A program made the position numbers and the translations under genes. A stretch of DNA of 64,000 bases from a virus (taxonomy: Duplodnaviria; Caudoviricetes), in the IMG/VR virus record IMGVR_UViG_3300009164_000071, positions 1,290-65,289 of that record, one strand, 5' to 3'. Below the pieces are notes generated by a model. That model was not told the origin of the DNA and searched no databases. It worked only from the letters and a program-made list of their open reading frames with translations. Position 1 is the first letter of the stretch, and each line of letters opens with the position of its first letter. This document shows, piece by piece, positions 18,669 to 27,544 of the stretch.

Positions 18669-19764
18669 AGCATATTTTATAAATGGGGGCGCTGGCCGTG
18701 TACTTAGCTCAATTCCGGCTTTTGAAAAATTAGCAGAAACTGACAATGATTTCCTCGTTATCTGCGAGGGAGGCAGCGATCTACTACGTGGGCATCCTAT
18801 ATTAGACAAAAGGTCATTTGATCATTGGCACAAGGGGTTATTTAATGATCATTTAAAAAATCGTGATTTATACACTCCGGAGCCGTATCGTGTTTGGGAA
18901 TATTTTAATCAAAAATGTAGTATATCCCAAGCATTTGACATTGCAATTAATAATCAAGGAGTGAGAGAGTTGCCCCCTCCATCTCTACACCTAAGCAAAA
19001 TGGAAATTTCAGAAGCCTATAAGATAGTGCAGGAAATTAAGGCCAAATCAGGATTTGATAAGATGTTAGTTATACAACCATTCGGGCGAGGAGTACAAAA
19101 CAACGGAGGGCTTATTGTTGATCCAGGTTCTCGTAGTCTAGCACAACAAGATTTAATTGACATTATTAATGCTCTTAAAAAAGAATATGCTATTATAATT
19201 ATGACTGAATTTGGTATTCCGTTGGGTGAGGACGATTCTGTTAAATTTAAAATACCACAACCTAGAATTCCTAATTTAAGAATATGGGCGGCAGTTATTG
19301 AATTAGCAGATCATTTCTTAGGTTGCGATAGTGTAGGTCAGCATATTGCTAAATCTTTAGAAAAAACCGCCACTGTTATAACAGGCTCAACATTTCCTAT
19401 AAATATCAGTTATCCTACTGATCCTAATTTTGATATTATTGATGTAGGATTTGGACTAAGAACATACAGCCCTATACGAATTAGCATGGATGATTCTGTT
19501 GAAAGAAGCAACGAAAAATGCATGGAATTAACCGACGAACACCGATCACAAATTTTAAAATCTGTGCGTAAACGATTAGGAAAATCTGTTAAATCTAAAT
19601 TACAGATTATGAATATTGATCCAAGCAAGACTGCCGAAGCTGAAAAAAAATCTCAAATTGAAAAACCAGATTTTCCTATGAGTGCTGTGGCAAAAATTTT
19701 ATCAGATAATAAATCCACTGACGACTTGTCCGGACAACCAACAAATATTTTTGGTACTAATTAG
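18655..19764 (+). CDS. GT-B fold glycosyltransferase, GT9/heptosyltransferase-like
   Basis: N-terminal GGAGR.LSSIP, VIQPFG, and ADHFLGCDSVGQHIA matching the GT9 F.G.DSG..H.A signature; overlaps the carbamoyltransferase. Confidence 0.72.
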   Translation: MPRSKAYFINGGAGRVLSSIPAFEKLAETDNDFLVICEGGSDLLRGHPILDKRSFDHWHKGLFNDHLKNRDLYTPEPYRVWEYFNQKCSISQAFDIAINNQGVRELPPPSLHLSKMEISEAYKIVQEIKAKSGFDKMLVIQPFGRGVQNNGGLIVDPGSRSLAQQDLIDIINALKKEYAIIIMTEFGIPLGEDDSVKFKIPQPRIPNLRIWAAVIELADHFLGCDSVGQHIAKSLEKTATVITGSTFPINISYPTDPNFDIIDVGFGLRTYSPIRISMDDSVERSNEKCMELTDEHRSQILKSVRKRLGKSVKSKLQIMNIDPSKTAEAEKKSQIEKPDFPMSAVAKILSDNKSTDDLSGQPTNIFGTN

Positions 19765-20443
19765 ACCACTGTTGAGATCTGCGTATAAGGACTTCGTTAG
19801 AAAATACTGTAGCGTTTGGAGATACGTAAGTTGATTGTACAGTAATGTAAGTAGCAAAGATTCCGGACCCTTGGGCATTTGTCACGTTAGAATTTAATGC
19901 AAATTCTAAAGATCCTACTATCTTTGGAGGTTGGAAACACATAAATGTAATTGGAATAGCAAGATTATATACGCTAGTTGATCTATTCAGCACAGTAAAA
20001 TCAACTTCGGCAAAACTTAATGCATCACGCTCGCCGTCGAATCCAGGAGTTGACGTTCGGCCAACCTGAGTAAATCCGTCAGTTTGTAAGTAGGCTAAAT
20101 TATTTGCTCTGGCAATTTGACCAGACATTTCAAAATCAAACGGAAGTCCTCTATTTTGTACAATTTGGTTAGTACCTGTAGTTCCTACTACCGGAAATTT
20201 TGTTGCCGGCGACGTGCTAATAGAAAAATCTAACCAAGACGACCGATTGGGCGAAGCAGGGACATAACTCGAAGCTGTTGTCAATCCTATTGTTGAAGTT
20301 GATAGATAATGATTCCCTGTTTGAAACTCAAATGGTGCCCCGTTATTTGAAACAAGATACGTTCCGGAATTATTAAATCTAGAACTTCCAGAAGGTTGTG
20401 TTCCGTCTATGGAAAATATTATTTCAGCCGGGGTATAAGCCAT
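19757..20443 (-). CDS. Hypothetical Ser/Thr-rich protein, last gene of fibre array
   Basis: 228-aa ORF converging on the GT9-like gene. Confidence 0.7.
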   Translation of the reverse strand: MAYTPAEIIFSIDGTQPSGSSRFNNSGTYLVSNNGAPFEFQTGNHYLSTSTIGLTTASSYVPASPNRSSWLDFSISTSPATKFPVVGTTGTNQIVQNRGLPFDFEMSGQIARANNLAYLQTDGFTQVGRTSTPGFDGERDALSFAEVDFTVLNRSTSVYNLAIPITFMCFQPPKIVGSLEFALNSNVTNAQGSGIFATYITVQSTYVSPNATVFSNEVLIRRSQQWSN

Positions 20444-20454
20444 GGTAGTTAAAA

Positions 20455-22596
20455 TTAAGTTTGATTAACTGTTCCGATAATCTTAGCTTGAGCACTAGAA
20501 ATCAACTGTATAGCAACACTAGTATCTGTAGATGTTGAACTTGTTATTACAGTACTGTATGTACCACCGGCAAATGCTATACCAGGAGTAGCAGTAGCAC
20601 CAATAACGTTCAATGTGACACTTTGTGCTAATCTATTACCTAGATAATCAAACACATTAACTAGAATATTGCCGTTGATTGTTGTTCCAGTGTATACAAA
20701 CGTAGTTGTACTTGCTGAAATAAGTAATGTACTACCAACGTTAGTTGACAAGATGTCTATGTAATTTGAAGTCACACTGTTTGCCACAATTGTATTATCA
20801 AAGACTTGTACGGCCCAACGACCACTGTAATCTTGGAATAATCTAGAAGCGTTATATTGTTGAGTACTTTGGTATTGATATAATCCCGTGCCGGCATTTA
20901 GTACATAGATAACATCGTTGCTAAAAGTCGAACCAGAGTATATAATGGTCCAATTAGAGTTTAGCGGACAGAAGTACCTCGGTCCATAAGCGGCAGTGCT
21001 AAGAGAGCCAAGATAAGCGGCGGCGAATGTACTGTCATTTAACGACCAACTGTAAATTTGGAACATGCTTCCGCGGCCGCCTGGTAAATTAAATGTATTA
21101 GCTATTGAGACAAGTCCAGTACCGTTGGTATTATATACACCCAAATGTAAACGTTTAACACCGTTGGCATCAACACTGTACCAAACACGATTAACAGTCT
21201 GTCTACGGAAATTACTGTCAGTATAGACGCTATTACCAGTATTATCGTGGCCAGCATTAACATAAATCTGTCGCTGTGAACTTGTAGACATACTAGACAG
21301 GTCGTACTTGATCAATGCAGTAGTTGAACCGCTTAATAAGTTTAATTCCATTCTAAAAATAGAAATAGTTTGACTTAATGTACTATTTGTAAAAATATCA
21401 GAACCGTTAAAACTCATCATGTAGAATCTATAACCAGTACTACTGTCTAAGTCGGGATTACTTGGAATGAGTACTCCACTTAGCCCTTTCTTAAATGTTT
21501 GAACTACAGTTGTGGTACTGTTAGCGGCATTGAATAGTCGCAAACTTAACCTAGCTGACAACGCAGTTGATGTTGTGTCGGCGCCTTGAATGCCACCCAC
21601 CTGAGAATTATGTAGGAAGTAATATCTATACTGATTTCTATTGACTAAGAATGTACGTACTCCATAATCAACACTGCCAAATGGTGCGTTATACTGTAAG
21701 TATGCACCATTATTAAGTTGAGTAGTTGCAGTATTAATTACCATGCCACTAGGATTCCACGCTATTATATTTGAACTACAGGTACCACCAAAGAATAAAT
21801 TGTCTGGTACTTGAATGGTAGAATAACGACCATAAACACAGCAACCACTATGAACCCAAGTACAATTAATGCACATGTAGCAATTACAGTTAACATTACA
21901 GCTACCGGTGACACCATTGCTGCCACCAGGTGCCCCTTGATAAGTAGTACATGTATCACCAAATGTTGATTCGTTTACTGGACCACTGTAGCAATAACAG
22001 GCCAAGCAACACCAAGCTGTACATTGTGCTTGAGTCAATGAGCTATACGGAGCAAAACAAGTAAAGGATCCCGCAGGACTTTCTACCACAAGATAATTAG
22101 TGATTGCAGAATTTACAACAGTATAATTAGTACCGGCTTGTGGAACATAACATATTTGGGCGGTAGCAGTGAAGGCAGCGCAGGTACTACCCGGTAAAAC
22201 ACAACCTTGTAGGCATGCTGTATTACTGCTGGTGTTTATGTTAAAACAAACCGCTGGGGTATTTCCAAGATTTTTAAAAGACGTGTTGTAATTAGAATCT
22301 AGTGCCGTGCCGTAGCTTTGGAAACAACCAGCCGCATACTCTCCACTGAATCGACTGCCTGTTAGGTCAAAAGAATTGGCTATATAACCGGGTTCAAATG
22401 TACATGCGGCAACAATAGGCGAAATTTGTAGGCCAGCATCAGTACAGGCCGGTGATCCCTGATAGTTATTAATCATTTCTAAATTATTTGAACCATTATA
22501 GAACTGACCATTGACTACATAATTTTGGCCGGCATAGCCATATTGCACCAAAGTCTGTGTTGGAGGTGGTAAGTATCTCTGATAAAATTTTGCCAT
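20455..22596 (-). CDS. Putative appendage protein with Cys-rich insert; distant paralog of the three ~600-aa proteins
   Basis: About 24 Cys, nearly all in the N-terminal 40%; C-terminal PSN...FY...F, PR...PLN and YTGT.I motifs shared with 43444-49002. Confidence 0.75.
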   Translation of the reverse strand: MAKFYQRYLPPPTQTLVQYGYAGQNYVVNGQFYNGSNNLEMINNYQGSPACTDAGLQISPIVAACTFEPGYIANSFDLTGSRFSGEYAAGCFQSYGTALDSNYNTSFKNLGNTPAVCFNINTSSNTACLQGCVLPGSTCAAFTATAQICYVPQAGTNYTVVNSAITNYLVVESPAGSFTCFAPYSSLTQAQCTAWCCLACYCYSGPVNESTFGDTCTTYQGAPGGSNGVTGSCNVNCNCYMCINCTWVHSGCCVYGRYSTIQVPDNLFFGGTCSSNIIAWNPSGMVINTATTQLNNGAYLQYNAPFGSVDYGVRTFLVNRNQYRYYFLHNSQVGGIQGADTTSTALSARLSLRLFNAANSTTTVVQTFKKGLSGVLIPSNPDLDSSTGYRFYMMSFNGSDIFTNSTLSQTISIFRMELNLLSGSTTALIKYDLSSMSTSSQRQIYVNAGHDNTGNSVYTDSNFRRQTVNRVWYSVDANGVKRLHLGVYNTNGTGLVSIANTFNLPGGRGSMFQIYSWSLNDSTFAAAYLGSLSTAAYGPRYFCPLNSNWTIIYSGSTFSNDVIYVLNAGTGLYQYQSTQQYNASRLFQDYSGRWAVQVFDNTIVANSVTSNYIDILSTNVGSTLLISASTTTFVYTGTTINGNILVNVFDYLGNRLAQSVTLNVIGATATPGIAFAGGTYSTVITSSTSTDTSVAIQLISSAQAKIIGTVNQT

Positions 22597-22608
22597 GTTA
22601 ATTTCCTA

Positions 22609-22914
22609 TTATAAAGTTCCTGTATTATTCTCAGTTGAATTATTTTCAACGGGCTCTTCACTTGTTCCAGGTGCCGGCTCTATTGTGGGCGGCACATCAT
22701 AATCTGGAATTCTATCTTCCAAGTGATGATTAAAATTTACCTGTGTCCATTCATAAGCTTCGTCTCTACTAGCCCAAGGTTGTGGTATAGACCCTTGATT
22801 GGCATCTAGGGGCTTAAAAGGTTGGTGCAATACAACTTGACCAGTGTCTACCTCGTATACCTCTGCTACTCCATTTAAAAATCTAAATTCATATCTGTAC
22901 ATTCTAATCTCCAA
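22609..22914 (-). CDS. Small acidic hypothetical protein (possible fibre assembly factor)
   Basis: 101-aa ORF in the operon; function not recognised. Confidence 0.6.
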   Translation of the reverse strand: MEIRMYRYEFRFLNGVAEVYEVDTGQVVLHQPFKPLDANQGSIPQPWASRDEAYEWTQVNFNHHLEDRIPDYDVPPTIEPAPGTSEEPVENNSTENNTGTL

Positions 22915-22916
22915 AT

Positions 22917-23762
22917 TTATATATAATTAAATGACACATACATATCGGCAGCATACAATCCTGTATTAGTCACAATTACTGTGATATAATCGTTGCTAGA
23001 TGTTGTGGCAATTCCTGTGGAAGTTGTATAAGCATTAGTTCCTGTCCACGCCAAGCTAACAGCGGTATTATCATTAATGTTAATATTTATGCCTACAGCT
23101 TGAGTTCCTGCTGTTAGAACCCTAGCAGTTATTTGGTTAACTGATATAGGGTTAATTGGGTACCAACGAGTAGTATAACTGCTATATCCGACTGTCAAGC
23201 TGCCAGGAGTATACGATGTGGTCACCTTAGGTGTTTGACTTAGAGCTGAAATTGCACCAGTAGTTGTACTGATTGAGTAAATTTTGCCACCAACGTATAA
23301 ATCTCGGCCGATGCCGACACCGCCCTGTACAACCAAGGATCCTGTACTAGTTGATGTTGCGTTTGTGTTGTTCTGAATAATCAGCGGATTTGTTATAGTT
23401 CCACCAAAGAAATTCGCTGGTCCTGTAGGTCCTTCGGGGCCCGATGGCCCGCCATATACGGCAGCACCGGTAGGTCCGCTAACACCTGATGGTCCGCTAA
23501 CTCCGCTGGCACCGCTAGGTCCTTGTGGTCCTGTTCCGCTAGGTCCTTGTGGTCCTCTAGGACCACTAGTACCGCCACCTGCGCCAACAAGACCACCTGT
23601 GCTGTAAATTGAACCCGCTACATACAAATCTTTTGCAATGCCAACTCCGCCTGCAACCTGTAGTGACGCTCCAGCAACCGACGATGTTGACGTTGCTGTA
23701 GACGGTACTACAACAGTACCTGTGTTATCTTGTAAGAACGATAAATTACTGGCTATTGTCAT
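22917..23762 (-). CDS. Short collagen-containing fibre protein
   Basis: GPS/GPQ triplets, two GxLxVxGGVGI repeats, C-terminal domain related to that of 49004..53323. Confidence 0.8.
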   Translation of the reverse strand: MTIASNLSFLQDNTGTVVVPSTATSTSSVAGASLQVAGGVGIAKDLYVAGSIYSTGGLVGAGGGTSGPRGPQGPSGTGPQGPSGASGVSGPSGVSGPTGAAVYGGPSGPEGPTGPANFFGGTITNPLIIQNNTNATSTSTGSLVVQGGVGIGRDLYVGGKIYSISTTTGAISALSQTPKVTTSYTPGSLTVGYSSYTTRWYPINPISVNQITARVLTAGTQAVGINININDNTAVSLAWTGTNAYTTSTGIATTSSNDYITVIVTNTGLYAADMYVSFNYI

Positions 23763-23772
23763 TGATTATTCC

Positions 23773-26700
23773 TTAGGCCTGCGCTTCATTCCAACGTAAA
23801 ACCAAGTTAGTTTGTAGTGGAGGTCCTGATGTTAAGTAAACATTGACAAACAAAGTGTCCGGGCCGTTGGGGAATGTACCACGGCCGCCTAGTGGCGTAT
23901 TTGATAATTCTTTCAATTGCCCTAATTCTAGCTGGTCTTTGTTAGCCGGTGAAGAGATGAACGAGAAAATTGTTTCACCTGGAACAGCCCACTGGTTTCT
24001 ATAGAATGTTAAACTTGTTGCAGTGTTAATTTGACTCAATGCAGGCTGTGTTAAGAATATAACTCCGTCACCAACTGATTGTATCAGAGTATTTCCCGCA
24101 AGACCAGTGCCGCCAGTGATTGGATTAACAGTAGTTGTCACAGCATCTCCAACTTGCATACTAGCAGTTGACGCTACAAAAACTTGATTACTATTAGCGG
24201 GAGTTGCATTAAAAATACTAACTGTTGTCACATAAGTTGCCGAACCGTCAAATTGCACAGCACCAGCTGGCGCAACTTGTGTAAAACTTGGTTGACCCGA
24301 GCCTAATGGATTACCGTTTTGTACAGTACCTTGTAGACCGTACCACGTGACCCTGTCTGCGTTCAGCGGGTAGTTTGCAGGATTTAAAACTCCTTCAATA
24401 ACCACCGCCTGTTGTCCCCCTGATCCGCCACCAACGGTGTTTTCAATAGATGTCAACAATAACTGCGCTCGATTAATAAGATCACGCACACCTAAGTCAC
24501 CAATAATAGCGTTAGAAACACTAGGTGCTAGACGAATGGCAAACGCAGTCTTTTTAACCACCGATGCAATAACGTTAGGCGCTTGATAGCTAAAAATGTA
24601 TCCACGGTCTTCATCGAAACCGCCGTCTTGTAAGAAAGCTGACCCCCAATGGCTAATTGTTGGACTAGCCGTTATACCCACAGGAATAAGCCCTGTGCCT
24701 GCGGCGTGGGAGGCAGCCGGTCCAGCTGTGTATGCTCTCAATGCTCCGCAAACATATTGTCTTAGAGGAATACTTCGAGTTAAATTCAACAAAGAACCTA
24801 AACCAGTTGCTGTACTCTTACCGTTATATCCAATCAATTCGTTGTCTACGTAAACTGTACCCGAAGTTGCATAATAGGTTAGGTCGTTGACAATCACTGA
24901 CGTATCTGAGGGACCCATGCTTAAGAATATTGATGTACGCTGTCCTTCATTCATGACCTCATAGCGCACAGGTTGATTTCCTGAACGCATATAGGCTTCT
25001 GCCCTATTGTTTGAATTTTTTAGTCTATGTATAACTATGTAATTACCATCTGGACCACGTAGCATCCATTCAATAAATCCAGCACCGTACCAAGTCCATT
25101 GCATACCTATCATCTGCATTCTACTAGGATTTAACAGGTATCCGCTAGGATTGAATACGCTATTACTTCCGTCGCATCGGTCAGTGTTCCATTGAAATTG
25201 CGGAACAAGAATATCTATGGTCTTGGCAGCTTTGACAACGGTCGTAGATGTAGTACCCCGCCATGGTGGAACAACATACAACCATGTTGAACTAGATACT
25301 GCTGAGACTACGTGTGACATACCTTTGATAACAATTCGATCCCCTGCAACTAATTGGTAATCAAAACGAGTATTATTGCCTGTGACCAGTGTACTACCTA
25401 CAGTGACGTTTAATGTTCCTGCAATTTGTGCAGTACTTTGACGCAGACCGCAGGCCATTAGGGTGCCGTCAAACTGCATGAAAATGCCGTTTTGATCGTC
25501 AAAAGTTCCTGCACGTACTGTTGCTCCATACCAGCTAACATGCGACATAAATGACGGAACAGTTAATGCCGGAGCAGTACTAGACAATACATTAGTTGCT
25601 GTGACTATAATTGTGCGTTCATCCAGAATTCGTGCCACAGGATACGTTCCTGTAAATCCATTGCTAGTGCTCATACCCGTTAAACTGATCGTTGCTCCTG
25701 CTTGTAGACCATGTTCTATTTCGTCTGTGGTTATGTATATTTCCGCACCAATGATTGTATCTGTTGCTGTCACAGCTCGCAGGTCATAGTTGGGAGCAAA
25801 AAGTGCGGCAGTGTTATAGTTAATACTTTTACCTGATTGATAACGAACATATTTCTTACTCATACGTGCTGAGTGAGCTCCGTATTGCGGACCTCCAGTG
25901 CCTAAACTAACCCCGCCGTCAACAGGTCTGTGTACAAAGAATGAATCACAACGACTGTAGATAATTCCCACAGGAGTGCCTGATATAGTTCCCCACTGTC
26001 GTGCCTGAAATGTCAATGTAGTCAGTGTTGGTACTGTGCTAATAAAGAATGGTCCATTGACAAAACCGTGGTTATTAACACCGTTGTCACTGCTGATAGC
26101 AGATATAAACGCATCTCCCGGTATGTATCCGTGATTGGTAGCAAATGTCAATGTGATTGTGGCAAAACTTGTGGGGCCGCCGCCTGCAACTGAGAAAGTA
26201 GGAGTTTGTCCTGTTCCTGAATAAAATCCACCTTTACGTAAAATACTGTAGGGCGTACTAATTTGCTGATTAGAAGTGGTTCCTACTTGAGCCTTGGCAT
26301 AATAAGTAAACCTATTTGGATTAATAACTGCATTTACAATTAATTCTCCCTGAGCTCGGGAAAATCCCGAAGTTGTTGGGTCTAGGTTAGTGACCACAAT
26401 AGGCTGGCCTGCTAGAAGATAGTGCGGAACAACTGTGGTCACAGTGATTAAACTTGCAATATCAACACCTTGAGCATTACTAGCATCTGTGGTTATTGAC
26501 TGTATAGCAAAGTCACTTCCTGGAATTTCAAAAATACCCGGTTGTGCCCTAACCATACTCAAGGTCTGCCACTTAGTTGGTTGTAGACCGTATTCAAAGT
26601 CAGCATCAAGCATGGATACTGGAGCGGCCATACGCATACGTTCGAAGCCGTCTGTGCCTGCAGGCCATGGTCGTATAATAGTCTCTGTTCTTTCTACAAA

Positions 26701-26994
26701 TATACTAAGGTTGTCTGCGGCTAATTGTCCTACCGTGGCCACAGCAATGGTTATGATTGTAGTACCGTCTCCATTTTGAATAGCAGTAGGGAAGGCCGCT
26801 GAGTTGCCTCTACTAAATGATACCGTAGTTCCAAAATATGTACTATCGGCAAAATTGTATAAAATAACATTACGAGTGACGTTGGTTATAATAGTGATCT
26901 GATTTAGATCCCACTTTCCCGGAATTTCTATGGTAGCTTTAGTAGAGCCTACTGCCGGAGTAAAAGCATATTGTCTAATCTGTTGTTTTGCCAT
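23773..26994 (-). CDS. Large virion structural/appendage protein (1073 aa)
   Basis: Three (T)xxxHG/HY-L..G beta repeats; DADFEYGLQPTKW and HWGS motifs recalled from aquatic T4-like phage structural proteins. Confidence 0.7.
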   Translation of the reverse strand: MAKQQIRQYAFTPAVGSTKATIEIPGKWDLNQITIITNVTRNVILYNFADSTYFGTTVSFSRGNSAAFPTAIQNGDGTTIITIAVATVGQLAADNLSIFVERTETIIRPWPAGTDGFERMRMAAPVSMLDADFEYGLQPTKWQTLSMVRAQPGIFEIPGSDFAIQSITTDASNAQGVDIASLITVTTVVPHYLLAGQPIVVTNLDPTTSGFSRAQGELIVNAVINPNRFTYYAKAQVGTTSNQQISTPYSILRKGGFYSGTGQTPTFSVAGGGPTSFATITLTFATNHGYIPGDAFISAISSDNGVNNHGFVNGPFFISTVPTLTTLTFQARQWGTISGTPVGIIYSRCDSFFVHRPVDGGVSLGTGGPQYGAHSARMSKKYVRYQSGKSINYNTAALFAPNYDLRAVTATDTIIGAEIYITTDEIEHGLQAGATISLTGMSTSNGFTGTYPVARILDERTIIVTATNVLSSTAPALTVPSFMSHVSWYGATVRAGTFDDQNGIFMQFDGTLMACGLRQSTAQIAGTLNVTVGSTLVTGNNTRFDYQLVAGDRIVIKGMSHVVSAVSSSTWLYVVPPWRGTTSTTVVKAAKTIDILVPQFQWNTDRCDGSNSVFNPSGYLLNPSRMQMIGMQWTWYGAGFIEWMLRGPDGNYIVIHRLKNSNNRAEAYMRSGNQPVRYEVMNEGQRTSIFLSMGPSDTSVIVNDLTYYATSGTVYVDNELIGYNGKSTATGLGSLLNLTRSIPLRQYVCGALRAYTAGPAASHAAGTGLIPVGITASPTISHWGSAFLQDGGFDEDRGYIFSYQAPNVIASVVKKTAFAIRLAPSVSNAIIGDLGVRDLINRAQLLLTSIENTVGGGSGGQQAVVIEGVLNPANYPLNADRVTWYGLQGTVQNGNPLGSGQPSFTQVAPAGAVQFDGSATYVTTVSIFNATPANSNQVFVASTASMQVGDAVTTTVNPITGGTGLAGNTLIQSVGDGVIFLTQPALSQINTATSLTFYRNQWAVPGETIFSFISSPANKDQLELGQLKELSNTPLGGRGTFPNGPDTLFVNVYLTSGPPLQTNLVLRWNEAQA

Positions 26995-27024
26995 TTTTCT
27001 TAACCTTACTTGTAATTATCTATT

Positions 27025-27507
27025 TTAGGAACCCAACGCTATAGTCATTGCTAAATTAATTCCCTGAATATTATTTAAACCAGTAGACGATAATCCTGCA
27101 ACAACTCTAATAGTATCACCGGCGTTTCTGCCTTGAGTTAGTATAACCTGTGTACCATTACTTGCTATAAAATCTGATGATCCTAGAGCTATTCCATTGG
27201 CAAATACCTGTACAGTATTTACAGTATATCCTGTTGATATAGTAAACGCTGTTTGCCCTGCAGTAGCTGTAAATTCTTGAATAGCTGTTGGAATAACTTG
27301 TGCACCACCAGTATACAGGGCGCCACCAGCAGTTATTGATCCTACAGAAGATATTGTTGCGCCAGCACTGATATTTCCACTAGCCGCTAGTGTACTAGCA
27401 CTGGGTACAGCAATTCTGGTCCAGCTGTTAGTAGAGACAGTATACCGATAAGTTGCATTATTAACAACTGCGGTTTGGTTATTTGTGGGCGACGTTGGAA
27501 ATGCCAT
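27025..27507 (-). CDS. Short fibre connector protein
   Basis: N-terminal MAFPTSP..W module, ATAGQT.F...Y....VF.NG domain, hydrophobic end MTIALGS; TAAATA at 27533-27538. Confidence 0.75.
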   Translation of the reverse strand: MAFPTSPTNNQTAVVNNATYRYTVSTNSWTRIAVPSASTLAASGNISAGATISSVGSITAGGALYTGGAQVIPTAIQEFTATAGQTAFTISTGYTVNTVQVFANGIALGSSDFIASNGTQVILTQGRNAGDTIRVVAGLSSTGLNNIQGINLAMTIALGS

Positions 27508-27544
27508 TTTTTATCAAGATTCCTTTGTTGTGTATTTAGCTCGT

